Shown: positions 28,519 through 43,584, counted from the stretch's first letter. The stretch is DNA of 64,000 nt from Eledone cirrhosa (GCA_964016885.1 OZ024743.1:179738001-179802000), one strand, 5' to 3'. Notes: generated by a model not told the origin, from the sequence alone. Program-made: numbers and translations.

Positions 28519-30121
28519 ATACAATATATAAACAGTTTTATAAATAATTTTGACGTACCATAATATAAGCGACCATTAAATTAGGAGGCTGCCTTGGTAG
28601 TGAAGTGTTCATAATTATTTAGTTATAGTGCTAAGCACAGTTAGAAAAAAAACGGAGAAAAGGAAGAAATGGAGGTAAAGAAAAACAGAGAGAGAGAGGG
28701 GAGAGAGAAAGAAGGAGGAGGTGAAAAAAAGAGAGGCAACCTAAAGCAACAGATAAATAATAATAATTCACCATACAAATAGAGAGATTCAAGAGAGAGG
28801 GAGTGCTATATATAGAGAGAGTACAGTAATTATTTAGTTATAGTGTTAAGCACAGTTAGAGAAAAGACGGAGAGAAAGAAAAAAAGTGGAGATAAAGAGA
28901 AAACGGAGAGAGAGAGAGGGAGGAAAAGAAGGAGAGAGAGAAAATATAACTAGATATTAGGAAGTGAAAAACCAAGAGAGAAATAAGAGAGAAATATGAG
29001 AGGCAAAACCAAAGCGACAGATACATAATACTTCATCATATATAAAGAGAGAGGAGAAAGAGCTATATGTAGAGAGAGAGGATACAGTTACATCTTTACG
29101 TCATGTCATATCAATTTGAATTATCAATTCATATGAAATGGATAATAGAATGTAAATATCAATATTCATGAATGAGACATAGATATATAATATGAGAAAA
29201 TAACTTTGTTCAATAATGTCCATATGTTTAGTTTAAAACTCTGAGGTCAATGTACCAAAATCTGAGATAAACCTTCAAAAAATTACCCTATTTATAAAAA
29301 TACGGAAATATATATGTATATATAAATACGTATATGTACTTTCTGAAAAAAGAAAAAGAGAAAGTTATGTCTAGCTCTAGTCGATAATATAGACATACAC
29401 ATGACTTTACGTGATCAACTCTATAATTTCTTGTGTCATAAAAAGAATTTCTTGTGTTATAAAAAATTTCACTATATATATACATAAAAAATAAACGATT
29501 AATATTCATGCCCTCACACATATGATTACCGTTCATGTATTTAATATTATGCATATCTGTAACATATACAGAACTATACCTATATATATATATATATATG
29601 TATATACAATATATCTGCGTGAGTATTCCAGCATCTCTATGCACACATACAGGCACATGAACAGATAAAATAAACTCTATAAGCCTTCTATATGCATGTT
29701 AATACATATGGACTTTGTATAGAGATAATCAAATATCAATATATCAGCACAGAAACATCAAAACGGTAAAATATTTTCAACACACTATAGAGTATCTCAG
29801 GCCACAAAACAGTATGCTTCATATATTTACCACAGAAATCTATCCTTCCAATTTTTCAGACAATATATTGCAAAGTCTTTGAGAAGCAATCAGAGTCAAA
29901 AAACGAATAAAACCCAGTGGTTCTACGGATGCCCTTATATTTAGTATAGAAATTTATCTTGCGTAAAATTTATTTAATACATTGGGAGCATATACATTTT
30001 AGAGTAGTTTAATTACATCTTTGTTTATATTTATGAAGAAGGTTTAAAAAGAAAAAGGTGAAGGAATCGAAAGATTTATCGTCAGGTTTCATACATTAAT
30101 TAAATTTCTTAATTAATTATA

Positions 30122-31020
30122 CTACATTTTAAATTTATATTTATATTTAAACGTTGAGTTCAATCTATGTCTGCAGCAACTGAATAAATTGCTCCTTAAA
30201 TTAAGGGAATTTTTGGATTTTAATATAAAGAATATCTCCTCCACACAGAGATCACATGTCTCAGATGAGGAATTAAAGGGAATCCCTCTTGAGACAATAT
30301 TCCAAAACATCGAATACTCAACATTATCTCGTTTAAGTTGCCAGAGTAGGCTTGATAGCGAAGTTGAAGATTTTTTGTTTGGATCTGTGAAAGAATTCTT
30401 ATGATTATTGAAGCGAAGTTTAAATTCTGTCGAGGTGGAACCAACATAGTTGAAAGAATTTAAGTTAGTTTTAACATTACAATTGTATACTATATTTTTA
30501 ACTAAGCAATTGTTATTTAACGGACAGTTAGATTTATTTCTACAGTTACAGTTATTTAATTGAATATTGTTTGGGTTATTATTGGTATTTTGGTTAGGTT
30601 TTAAATTCCTATTATTAATTCTGTTAATATTTTGTGCTAAATTTTTGGTGGACGAGTAAGTTAATTTTATAGTATGTCTATTAAAAATTGAGTGATATTT
30701 ATGTGTTCTAGGGAAGCGTTTGTCAAGAGCATTAAAGAATAGTTTAGCAATATGGGTTTTAATATTTATTGAAAAAGAGGGGGCAAACCATATTATATTT
30801 CTAGTTCTATTTCTTTTTCGGCTTTTGGAATTATTGTAATGTTTTCTATTATAGTTGTTAATGTTGTTACCGTAATTAAAATTGTTATTATTTTGGTTAG
30901 TTTGCTTATTATTATCGATGTACTTAATTTTATCACTATATCCTGCTCTAGCTAACGCTTCATTGTAATACTGCGCTTTTTCGTCAAAAATATTTTTATT
31001 AGATGAAATTCTCTTTATCT
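30122..31020 (-). CDS. Naiad-type PLE thumb/linker + GIY-YIG, 5'-truncated, frame open
   Basis: RISSNKNIFD..YYNEAL, WFAPSFS, CNCRNKSNCPLNNNC, NIVYNC..YVGSTSTEFKLRFNNH, CDLC..CCRH. The ATG at 31024 comes from the inversion junction. Confidence 0.9.
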
Positions 31021-31452
31021 CCACTTTTTTTCTTTCTCTCCGTCTTTTCTCTAACTGTGCTTAACACTATAACTAAATAATTACTGTACTCTCTCTATAT
31101 ATAGTACTCCCTCTCTCTTGAATCTCTCTATTTGTATGGTGAATTATTATTATTTATCTGTTGCTTTCGGTTGCCTCTTTTTTTTCACCTCCTCCTTCTT
31201 TCTCTCTCCCCCCTCTCTCTCTGTTTTTCTTTACCTCCATTTCTTCTTTTTCTCCGTCTTTTTTTCTAACTGTGCTTAGCACTATAACTATATAATTATA
31301 AACACTTCACTACCAAGGCAGCCTCCTAATTTAATGGTCGCTTATATTATGGTACGTCAAAATTATTTATAAAACTGTTTATATATTGTATTTTATCTGA
31401 CGAAGGCATGCCAATTTACTTGTGGTAACCCAACAATTTTAAATAAAACTTT

Positions 31453-31517
<65 letters not shown>

Positions 31518-32153
31518 AGGATGAATATAAAATGAAAGTGCTTTTGTTAAAAAAGGAATTTATTAGGTATTGACATATGTTTCTGTAACAGACCGAATAC
31601 CTATGTATCGCTGCTTGCGTAATCATATAATGTTAGCAAGTATTCGATAGCAAATGTATAATCAGTTGTCACTTCTTCAGAGATTTTGGATAAACTGGAT
31701 AAAATCAGAAAAATTGAAGTATTTATATTAGTAAAAGAGGAAGGAACAGAGGGGATAGAATATGACAGATGGTAAAATAATTTACTGCTAAACAAGTATA
31801 TAATGGGTTTTTAATGAGAATACCATGAGTAAATCTAAATAAGAATTTTGGGGATGCCGATTTTAATCTCTACTTGACCAACTGGAGAGTGGACAGGGCT
31901 GGTCATTTGGTGCAGTAGTATTAATCATAAAGTGTCAATTGGGGAAGGGGGAGATTTCGATTGCTACTAAATAACATCAATGCTAGTAGTCAGCTGGTAT
32001 TTGCACTAGGGAATTGAATCAAAAAATCAGAAATCTCATTTTATCTATAGCAGTTTGTATTAAAAGGTAAATAATAGAAGAGTTGATAGAATTAAGACTA
32101 ATAAAGAATGTTCATATCTATTTTGACAATCAAACGGGGATAGAGACAGGCGT

Positions 32154-32679
32154 TCAATCCTGGTAGTATTTATAATATGAAAATGTAGATTTTAAGCGAT
32201 GGTTACAGTATAACGATCGCTCTATTCTGTTATTTAATAAAATGTTTTTGGATTTCATAATACAAAATAATTCTACATTACATAATCTACAAAATTCCTG
32301 TCCATTGGAATATGGGGGGGCAGTCGCTATTATATCCCATTTTAGGTGAAATTGTTGGTTATTTTCACGCAGCTGCCAAGCCTTGTCTGCGAGTGTTGTT
32401 ACATAACGCTGGTTTTCATGTTTTATCGAATAACGATGTCTATAAAGGCGTGATTTAAAGGAGGTGGCTGTAGATCCCACATAGTACCACTTCTGTCTAT
32501 CCGATTCGATAGTACATTTGTATACGATGTTGCGTTCAAGACACTGATTGTTCAACGGACACATTCCTGGTTGGACACAGTTGCAATTACAATTTTGCGT
32601 TGTTGTATTGCCATGGATGGGTTGATGAGGTTGCTTATGTAGGACAGGATGTTGTTTGTTGTTTTGTGATGTTATAGCT
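32154..32679 (-). pseudogene. inverted duplicate of the GIY-YIG region
   Basis: Translation identical to the C-terminus of the 33095-34543 ORF. Confidence 0.9.
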
Positions 32680-34543
32680 TAAAAACATCAACAACTCGGC
32701 ATGTGATATTGTTAAAAAACTTTGTATTGACGATAGAACGCAACCCTTAACACCAGCTATACCATCCTTCAACCTGAAGGACCACAAGGTAAACTTCGAT
32801 ACTAACCCAAATATTAGACTTATATGCCCCTCTAAATCTGATATAGGTAAAATTAGCAAATATATACTAGACAGAATTATCCCCCAAGTTAAAGTTAAAG
32901 TAGAGATTAAACTATGGGGTAACACTCATGAAGCAATAAGATGGTTTAACAACATTACTGATAAGAAAAAATCAAAATTTATTCAGTTTGATATTGATGA
33001 ATATTATTCCTCAATTTCACCTGATACTCTACATGAAGCTCTTTCGTTCGCTAAGGATAATTCCGACCTTACGGATGCTGAAATTAAAATTATTATGGAA
33101 GCGAGAAAAACTATAGTTAAATTCGATGATAGCTACTGGGTTCGCAAAGATAGACCTTCTAATTTTGATATCACTATGGGTTCTAATGATTCGGCGGAGG
33201 TAACAGATCTTGTGGGAATTTATATCACCCACAGATTACAAGGAAAATTCAAGGATCTCCACGGTGGAATTTACCGTGACGATGCGCTCCTATTAGTTAA
33301 GAATATGAATAACCAGAATTTAGAAAGGATGCGTAAAAATATCAGAAAACTTTTTAAAGAACTAGGATTAAATATTACATTTGAATATAACCTCAAAGAG
33401 GTCAATTTCCTTGATGTTACTTTCAATCTCAATACAGATACGATTAAACCGTTCCATAAACTAAATGAGAACCTTAAATATGTAAATACGAGTTCTAACC
33501 ATCCACTCTGTATAATTAAATCCATCCCTAGAAATGTTTCTCTTAGAATCTCCCGCCTATCCTCCAACCAACAAACCTTCAAAGAACATGCCGAGTATTA
33601 TGATGATGCACTTAGGAAAGCCGGTCACCTAGATAATATAGAGTATATAGTCAATGATCACCAAAACACCCAAAATAAATCACATAGGAGTAGAAATAGC
33701 ACAGAATCACCACCATACATACACTACCGCAATAGACACAATAATAGTCGCACACCACCAAACAGAAGGCGATGTAAGGAGTATATCTGGTACAACCCGG
33801 TCTATAACAAATCTATTAAAACCAATCTACCCTCAAAATTCTTTCGATTAGTTAGAAAACACTTTCCAACATCACATAAATATAATAAAATCTTAAACCC
33901 TAACACCATCCGACTTTCATATTCAACCGCCCCTAATATTGAACAACATATAAAAATGCTTAACGCAAAACGGTTGTATAAACGCCTTCCAACACATAAC
34001 AATACACGTAAAACATTAGCTATAACATCACAAAACAACAAACAACATCCTGTCCTACATAAGCAACCTCATCAACCCATCCATGGCAATACAACAACGC
34101 AAAATTGTAATTGCAACTGTGTCCAACCAGGAATGTGTCCGTTGAACAATCAGTGTCTTGAACGCAACATCGTATACAAATGTACTATCGAATCGGATAG
34201 ACAGAAGTGGTACTATGTGGGATCTACAGCCACCTCCTTTAAATCACGCCTTTATAGACATCGTTATTCGATAAAACATGAAAACCAGCGTTATGTAACA
34301 ACACTCGCAGACAAGGCTTGGCAGCTGCGTGAAAATAACCAACAATTTCACCTAAAATGGGATATAATAGCGACTGCCCCCCCATATTCCAATGGACAGG
34401 AATTTTGTAGATTATGTAATGTAGAATTATTTTGTATTATGAAATCCAAAAACATTTTATTAAATAACAGAATAGAGCGATCGTTATACTGTAACCATCG
34501 CTTAAAATCTACATTTTCATATTATAAATACTACCAGGATTGA
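32678..34543 (+). CDS. Naiad-type PLE RT + GIY-YIG; frame open from the inversion junction, N-terminus missing
   Basis: LKDHKVNF..RLICPSKSDIGKISK, FIQFDIDEYY, FDITMGSNDSAEVTDLVG, YRDD, NFLDVTF, WYNPVY, CNC..CPL..C, YVGSTATSFKSR. First ATG at 33095. Confidence 0.92.
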   Translation, partial: LKNINNSACDIVKKLCIDDRTQPLTPAIPSFNLKDHKVNFDTNPNIRLICPSKSDIGKISKYILDRIIPQVKVKVEIKLWGNTHEAIRWFNNITDKKKSKFIQFDIDEYYSSISPDTLHEALSFAKDNSDLTDAEIKIIMEARKTIVKFDDSYWVRKDRPSNFDITMGSNDSAEVTDLVGIYITHRLQGKFKDLHGGIYRDDALLLVKNMNNQNLERMRKNIRKLFKELGLNITFEYNLKEVNFLDVTFNLNTDTIKPFHKLNENLKYVNTSSNHPLCIIKSIPRNVSLRISRLSSNQQTFKEHAEYYDDALRKAGHLDNIEYIVNDHQNTQNKSHRSRNSTESPPYIHYRNRHNNSRTPPNRRRCKEYIWYNPVYNKSIKTNLPSKFFRLVRKHFPTSHKYNKILNPNTIRLSYSTAPNIEQHIKMLNAKRLYKRLPTHNNTRKTLAITSQNNKQHPVLHKQPHQPIHGNTTTQNCNCNCVQPGMCPLNNQCLERNIVYKCTIESDRQKWYYVGSTATSFKSRLYRHRYSIKHENQRYVTTLADKAWQLRENNQQFHLKWDIIATAPPYSNGQEFCRLCNVELFCIMKSKNILLNNRIERSLYCNHRLKSTFSYYKYYQD

Positions 34544-35012
34544 ACGCCTGTCTCTATCCCTGTTTGATTGTCAAAATAGATATGAACATTCTTTATTAGT
34601 CTTAATTCTATCAACTCTTCTATTATTTACCTTTTAATACAAACTGCTATAGATAAAATGAGATTTCTGATTTTTTGATTCAATTCCCTAGTGCAAATAC
34701 CAGCTGACTACTAGCATTGATGTTATTTAGTAGCAATCGAAATCTCCCCCTTCCCCAATTGACACTTTATGATTAATACTACTGCACCAAATGACCAGCC
34801 CTGTCCACTCTCCAGTTGGTCAAGTAGAGATTAAAATCGGCATCCCCAAAATTCTTATTTAGATTTACTCATGGTATTCTCATTAAAAACCCATTATATA
34901 CTTGTTTAGCAGTAAATTATTTTACCATCTGTCATATTCTATCCCCTCTGTTCCTTCCTCTTTTACTAATATAAATACTTCAATTTTTCTGATTTTATCC
35001 AGTTTATCCAAA

Positions 35013-35129
35013 ATCTCTGAAGAAGTGACAACTGATTATACATTTGCTATCGAATACTTGCTAACATTATATGATTACGCAAGCAGCGATACATAGGTAT
35101 TCGGTCTGTTACAGAAACATATGTCAATA
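35013..35129 (+). ncRNA. candidate type I HHR with ~90-nt stem II (inverted copy at about 31570-31685)
   Basis: CTGAAGA a gtgaca..tgttac a GAAAC ATAT GTC; stem I pairing is poor. Confidence 0.55.
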
Positions 35130-35285
35130 CCTAATAAATTCCTTTTTTAACAAAAGCACTTTCATTTTATATTCATCCTTTCTACATTTCTCCGGAATAT
35201 AATTTATACTCGTTGAGCAAACCTGCACGTACGCTGTTCATCTCTAACGTAACGATATATTATCACTACATTATTGATAACCTGA

Positions 35286-35341
<56 letters not shown>

Positions 35342-35349
35342 ATATATAC

Positions 35350-35462
<113 letters not shown>

Positions 35463-36472
35463 CATATATATATACATATACATATATAAATCAGGAAAGA
35501 AGATTGACACGGTTTTTGCTATACAAAAAAGGTTTTTAATCTCATTGCTGACAATTGTTTCTCTGAACTGATAGGTCTAGAGATCGCTATCCGCTTGTTT
35601 TCGCGTTACTCGATCGCTAATACAAAATTATAACCAGTCAGTTCATCGGAGCTTGCGAGAATGAAGAGAATATACAGGCATGAAAGGAATATACAGGCTA
35701 CTATATGAAGTAGTAATGGCATTCAGTTAGAACAATAACAACAATATCAACAATGCTAGCAATAAAATATTTGAGATAATCACATCATTCTAGGTGGGGA
35801 GTATAGTATATCTAAGATTTTAGCGTGTAAAACTAGCTGACATGAAGCAGATGTATAAAATTGACATGTAAAGACTGTCGTAGGGTGTATTATATCAAGT
35901 GTAAAGATAAGCTGGTGTGTATAAACAATGTAGGTCAGGTGGCCGTAATATTCATTTTTTATCTGACCGATGAAGCATTTATCACTGTAGTAGAATTTGT
36001 GTGGTCTATATTAGATGAGAGTTCAGACTGTCTTTTCCATCCTCAATAACATACATGTATAGGACAACACTGTCAAAGCTAAATAATGGGCAAGTTAATA
36101 CAGAGGTTAAGGAGGTAATATGTATACATATATATATATACACATATATATACACACGCACGTGCACACAAACGTATACATACACACTCATACAAATACA
36201 TACATACATACAAATAGAAAACATGCTGACTATAATTATGGCAAGAGGAAGGTAAAGTTCCATTGTAGTAGTATTTTGAAATGTTCTTGGATTTAGGATC
36301 ATGTGATGACAGCAGCTGAGAAGAAATAAGTTTATGGGTTGATGAGGTACTTACAGACATTTGTGTGGTATAGCATTAAGAAGGCTAGAATGTACTTAAT
36401 GAGTATATTTCTGTGGTGATTCATGCAGAGTAGTGGGTATCCTAGTTGAAAGCTATGTTATGTCGGTTCGAT

Positions 36473-36912
36473 TCATGGAGGTTTGAATCTTATGAATTTA
36501 GTGGCAATTCTATGTCTGCAGAAGATAGATCTTTCTAACTTGTTGTTAAGTTGCCTTTTTACATTTTTAAGGATATACAGTAGTTCTAGATCACATAGTC
36601 CACAGTGGGATATACCTGTACTATAGGTTTTAGCAGCCGACAACCTCGACCAGTTGATACTGTAGCTAGTGTTGTTGTCCTTCAGTTCCCATATTTTTTT
36701 GGCGAGGGTTGTAGAACCCATAAGTGCACGATTTTTCATCGAGTGCCTCTGCACATACCATCTTTTTTTAAAAGAACCCGCGGTGGATCCAATGTAATGC
36801 CAGGTGGAATTGTCTGAGTTGACCGTGCACATGTACACTAGGCTTGAATCGAGACATCTATTCGCCAATGGGCACCTATACGGTAGGTGACAGTTACAGT
36901 TTGAGGTGTTAT
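36473..36912 (-). CDS. Naiad-type GIY-YIG C-terminal fragment
   Basis: CNCHLPYRCPLANRC, LVYMC..HYIGSTAGSFKKRW, CGLC..LNNKLERSIFCRH. Confidence 0.88.
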
Positions 36913-37191
36913 TACGGCCACCTGACCTACATTGTTTATACACACCGGCTTAACTTTACACTTGATATAATACACCCTACGACAGTCTTTACGTGTCAAT
37001 TTTATACATCTGCTTCATGTCAGCTAGTTTTACATGCTAAAATCTTAGATATACTATACTCCCCACCTAGAATGATGTTGTGATTATCTCAAATATTTTA
37101 TTGCTAGCATTGTTGATATTGCTGTTATTGTTCTAACTGAATGCCATTACTACTTCATATAGTAGCCGGTATATTCTCTTCATTCTCGCAA

Positions 37192-37297
37192 GCTCCGATG
37201 AACTGACTGGTTATAATTTTGTATTAGCGACCGAGTAACGCGAAAACAAGCGGATAGCGATCTCTAGACCTACCAGTTCAGAGAAACAATTGTCAGC
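37192..37297 (+). ncRNA. type I HHR with CCGATGA core and long stem II (second copy at about 35546-35653, minus)
   Basis: gct CCGATGA a ctgactggt..accagttcag a GAAAC AATT GTC agc. Confidence 0.7.
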
Positions 37298-37524
37298 AAT
37301 GAGATTAAAAACCTTTTTTGTATAGCAAACCGTGTCAATCTTCTTTCCTGATTTATTATTACTCCAAGTGTTTACGACATAGGAATTACAGCGTACACGC
37401 AGCATCACTATGAAAAATTGTTGTTGAGTCAAACTTAGCCAAGCGTTGATATCATCCACTACCCTGAATACCATAACTGGACTATACCTAAGTGGGCTGC
37501 ATATAACTATTATTTGTTACCACG

Positions 37525-37710
<186 letters not shown>

Positions 37711-37777
37711 CATATATATATATATACATATATATATACATATATATATATATACATATATATATAAATACATATAC

Positions 37778-37862
<85 letters not shown>

Positions 37863-37885
37863 CATATATATATACATATATATAT

Positions 37886-38392
37886 AAAAGAAGTTAATAT
37901 GCCCGTGGGTACTAAGTACCCCTGGAAATATATAGGTTGTTTATGATTTAAGGTTGTTCTATGGTATTAATTTGACATACCAGAACTATAATATTAAGAT
38001 AAGCAGAACAAGCAAAATTCAACCAATTTTTTAAAATAAATTAAAAAATATAATTTAAATATTTACCTATTCTTTTGGCCCTTACCGATCGGTTTCGCTT
38101 TGTAAAACACCAGAAATCCAATGGATTTCCAATGGAAAATCAAAGCTCATCAGAGAAGCATTTTCCTTTCCTAGGGCTAAAGACCCAGGAACGATAAAAT
38201 ATATTGTTATCTGCCAGCTAGCACAGATCCAAAAGGCCGAAAACGACCCGTACGTGAACTGCCCGAGGTGAAAGCGGGAAAAGCATAGACGTGTTGTCTA
38301 TCTCGTTACTAAAAATAGCAGCTAAATAGAAACAACAGATTTGTTCTCAACATAACGGAGGATTATAATAGAAGAGGTTAATATGCCCGTGG
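37886..38392 (-). mobile_element. ~483-bp non-coding HHR unit with ~20-bp terminal redundancy, within (TA)n
   Basis: gttaatatgcccgtgg at about 37893 and 38377. Confidence 0.75.
38079..38157 (-). ncRNA. type I hammerhead ribozyme, extended stem II
   Basis: ttct CTGATGA gctttg..caaagc GAAAC CGATCG GTA aggg; inner hairpin ggaaatcca/tggatttct. Confidence 0.88.
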
Positions 38393-38404
38393 ATATGTAT
38401 ATAC

Positions 38405-38452
<48 letters not shown>

Positions 38453-38464
38453 ATATATACATAT

Positions 38465-39072
38465 ATGGTGGCTGCCAACTCGTTTTCGAGTACGACCACT
38501 AATTTATATGTAGGAGAACCCCTACCGATGCGCTGAACGAGTGTGAATTTTTAGTCCAGCCAGCGACTTGAAAAATCTGGTAGGTACAAATACTACACTT
38601 GTGACAATTATTGACACATAGTGCTCGGCCCATGGTACCACGTGATGACAAGTGCTGAGAGATCTCCAGATATAAAGCAATGCCTGTGCCGTGAAGCTTT
38701 TATAGTGAGGAAAGGCACTGCACAAAGCCAGTCCCACTCTCTTAACCAAGATGATATTTACCAAAAAGAAGAACAAGTCAACATCATCGGATACCATCAG
38801 GGTTGCAGGTGTTATATCAGAGTTTTCCTTCTCCTAGAATTCTGCCTTGACAAAGGCTAAGGGGTCATCTCTCCCGGTGATTTTGGATGGCCATTGACTC
38901 TTAAGAGCTCCTTTGCCCTTTGACAGGTTTTGATTTTAGTCCTGCAGAATGTCCAAAGTCACCCTCCTCACCAAGAACCCTTGGTGGGGTTGCCAGTTTA
39001 GTCGCCAACGACCCGACCATGAGACAGGTTGTACTGGAATACATCTTACCAGTAGCACCAACTGGTGACCTG
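38465..39072. mobile_element. non-autonomous retroposon(s), probably RTE-related
   Basis: 38465-38760 is homologous to the reverse complement of 62688-62987; 38760-39072 (minus) resembles RTE-type 5' UTRs (ctaggagaaggaaaactctga, ctggcaaccccacc) and 63075-63225. Confidence 0.55.
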
Positions 39073-39074
39073 AC

Positions 39075-39160
<86 letters not shown>

Positions 39161-39175
39161 CATATATATATATAC

Positions 39176-39220
<45 letters not shown>

Positions 39221-39251
39221 CATATATATATATATACATATATATACATAC

Positions 39252-39282
<31 letters not shown>

Positions 39283-39359
39283 CATATATATATATACATA
39301 TATATATATACATATATATATATACATATATATATATACATATATATACATACATATAT

Positions 39360-39416
<57 letters not shown>

Positions 39417-39733
39417 CATATATATATATACATATATATATACATATATATATTTATATACATATATATATATACATATATATATATATACATATATATA
39501 TACATATATATATATACATATATATACATATATATATATATACATATATATATACATATATATATATATACATATATATATACATATATATATATACATA
39601 TATATATATATACATATATATATACATATATACATATATATATACATATATATATACATATATATATATATACATAAAATATTAAACAAATAATGAACAA
39701 ACAATTCCTTATATTAAACAAAAAAAGTTCACT

Positions 39734-39876
39734 ATTTAACGATCGTTTCTAGGGTATATATGTGTTATAATTGGTATGCATATTCAACAGATCTATGTAC
39801 AAAATTATACAAAATTATACAAATTATCAAGATTAAATATACATACCTAACACATATATACGCCGTCTTCAGAAAT
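39734..39876 (-). ncRNA. type I HHR with ~115-nt stem II (3' pLTR)
   Basis: Same motif as 48297-48439. Confidence 0.8.
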
Positions 39877-40710
39877 AATGAAGTATATTTATTGATAATA
39901 ACAACAATTCAAAATATCAGTTCAAAATTGACCAATGAAAACACAAAGGGTTAAAAGCAGTTTGGTGTGTGTATATACATGTAAAATCCTTACACATATT
40001 TTACAATAATGTGTGTATAATTTGTATGTGCATACTAAAAAGATGGATGCAAACACAAAATTTCAAGGTTAATATCTCTGTAAGCTTAATGCGCTGATAA
40101 GATGCGCAATGATACTTATGGAGTCAAGCATATAAATATATTTTTTTCATACTCACACATATCAGTATAATCACACATACATGCGCGTATATGCATAAAT
40201 ATACACATAACCACGAACATACAAACACACACACTCCCCCACTCACATTTATATATGTGGATATAAAATCATAAGCAAATAGAAATTAAGTCACTCACAT
40301 AAAACACTGGCACACACATTTCAAGATCAAGATACAGAAATTAGGTGGGAGGGGGGGGAGGGGTCAGTATTAGATTGTCAGAGCAGACTGCCTAATATAA
40401 ATGTATCTATAAATTAAGAAAAATAAAAAAATAAAAAAATAAAAACAATAAAATATAATAAATATAATATAATGTACATACACATACAGATATACATACA
40501 CATACATACATGAACGCGCACATAGAGATATTTACGCATACACACATACACACATACGTATACAGTCATACACACACATACACTTACACGAACATACACA
40601 TACACATATAAAAAGATATATATACACACACACACACGCGCAACACATACACACATACACATATATATAAAAAATAGATAATAAAGATATATATCCATAT
40701 ATATATATAT

Positions 40711-40773
<63 letters not shown>

Positions 40774-40868
40774 TATACACATACATACCCATACATCTAA
40801 ATATACATACACATACATACACACATACATGTATATACATGTACATACATATACGCACATCGATATAC

Positions 40869-40924
<56 letters not shown>

Positions 40925-41264
40925 TCACATAGACATAAAGATACATACACACACAACTTACATACACACGCATATATATATATATATATATATATAGATG
41001 TACCTTCATAGATAGAATTAGATATATAATCATACATACATATGCACCTACTTATACTCATATAAATAAATACATACGCTTCCATATATGTGTATACACA
41101 TAAAAAACAATACCACCTCACCAAACTCAGACATACAAATGAAAATAATAATAAAAAAACGCATATGTATATACATACACACACGCATTAATAGAGATAT
41201 ATATATATACACACATACATACACACACATACATATACATACACACACACATACATACACATAC

Positions 41265-41317
<53 letters not shown>

Positions 41318-41324
41318 TAGACTC

Positions 41325-41355
<31 letters not shown>

Positions 41356-41659
41356 AACATATATATCCACACACTCATACCACCATAAATACACATACAA
41401 ACACCCACATGTATATATATATATATATATCCACATACACACACGTATACATATATATATATATACATATACACATATATATGTATATATACACACACAT
41501 AAAAAACAGACATGCACATATATATATATATATATATATTTCATTACTCTTATATATACACATAGTATATATACATACACAACCTCACTTATATACATAT
41601 ACACATAAGTTATATTACAATAATAATAAAGAATAATATATATATACATATATATACAT

Positions 41660-41692
<33 letters not shown>

Positions 41693-41812
41693 TACATACA
41701 TACACATACATACATACACACAAATATATACATACATAAATACACACATACGAATAAAGACATATATTCACACATAGACACCTATATACATATATATATA
41801 TATATATATATC

Positions 41813-41860
<48 letters not shown>

Positions 41861-43584
41861 CACACACACACACACACACAGACACACATACACACTCACA
41901 TATATATATATATATATGTGTATGTGAGTGTGCGCACATACACATATATACACACACACATACAAACACACACAAACACATACATATGCATACGTGCACA
42001 CACACACACATATATCACATAGATACGAAGATAAACATATAAATAGAGAGACATACAAATATATACACAACACATATACACATACATACATACACGCATA
42101 TACATATACATACATATATACACATATATATATTCCTATATACAAGCATACACATACATACACATATATACATATACATACACATATACATACCACACAT
42201 TCACATACACATACATATATAATACATATATATACATATATATACATACATATGTATGTACAATCATATATACACACTCAATCTTACATTCATATTTACA
42301 TGCTCATATATGTATTTTTATATTTAGAAATAAATACCAAAACCTATATAGACACCCACCTACATATATATTCATACATATATGCTTACAAATACAGATG
42401 ATAATAGTATGGGGGAAAGGGGGGGTTTGGAGAAGGGGATCAAAGTAAATATATGTTTCAAGAAACATATAATATTTTCCGTATCTTAATTCAATGTATG
42501 CTCTTACATATTTTCAGTGCTAGGAAATACGAAATCTATGCATCTCAAAATAAATAAGTATACCATTAATCACATGTTAACTAAACCAAAGATAGTCAAC
42601 ATATTGATTTCTAAGGTGTAAATTAGTTAGGTTTATAATATTTGAAGCAGAATTATGAAGTCAAACAGTAGTAGATTATTAATTACATTATAACTAAATT
42701 AAAGTTAATAACGTTATGGTATCAATATTAGGAGATGAATTTAGTAATAGGGAAAAGAAACCCAAATAAAAATAAAATAAAGTATTACATCGGTAGTAGC
42801 ATATAAATTATATGTTAACTAAATTAAAAATTATATATTTATTTCAATAGTATACGTTAATTAGTATATGTTAATTAGGTATACAATACATAAAGCAGAT
42901 ATTGTATTTCATCAATAGCATAATATAATTATATGCAAATAAAAATCAAAATTAATACGCATACATATACATATACATACACATACACATATACATACAT
43001 ATACACACATATATATATATATATATACATATATATACACACATATATACATATATACACACATAAACATACATACAGATACACATACACAACACACACA
43101 TATACATATACATATACATATACATATCTTTTTCAAAAAATTGCACAGAATATATTAACTAGGTATATATCCAAAACACATCCCATTCTATGATTACATG
43201 ACATTCTGCAATTCGTCTGTACAAGGATACTAATTTTAAGCAAATTAAAATTAAAGTTTTAGGTTGATTAAAACTAAAACCAAATAATAAATATATTTCC
43301 AAAATGTATATTAATTAGGTCTATAATACTAAAAATTCTTTCTCCGTCATTGGATACATGATATTATTTTGTTATATTTTATCTGTAAAAGAATTATAAT
43401 AAAAAGGTTTAAATAAATTAAAATTAATCTATAAATTAAATTACTGAGTATATATTAGTAATATTTAAAGGTTTTTCAAAATTTATGATTACATAATATT
43501 TTCTCATCTGTAATAAAATATTAATTAAATTAAATTTATAGGTTAACTAACATTTAAATTAAATTAATTTCTAGAATAATGTTA

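Larger units (their letters stand above)
28415..31457 (-). mobile_element. 5'-truncated Naiad-type PLE with inverted pLTR
   Basis: ORF 30122-31020; ~1.7-kb 3' region; 31021-31412 is the reverse complement of about 28500-28890; HHR core at about 28462-28518; (TA)n flanks. Confidence 0.88.
31515..35290 (+). mobile_element. young 5'-truncated Naiad-type PLE with a 1.16-kb 5' inversion
   Basis: 31515-32679 is a near-identical reverse complement of 34018-35184; (TA)n flanks. Confidence 0.92.
35487..37352 (-). mobile_element. 5'-truncated Naiad-type PLE with inverted pLTR
   Basis: 35487-35950 is inverted relative to 36912-37352; GIY-YIG lies between. Confidence 0.88.
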
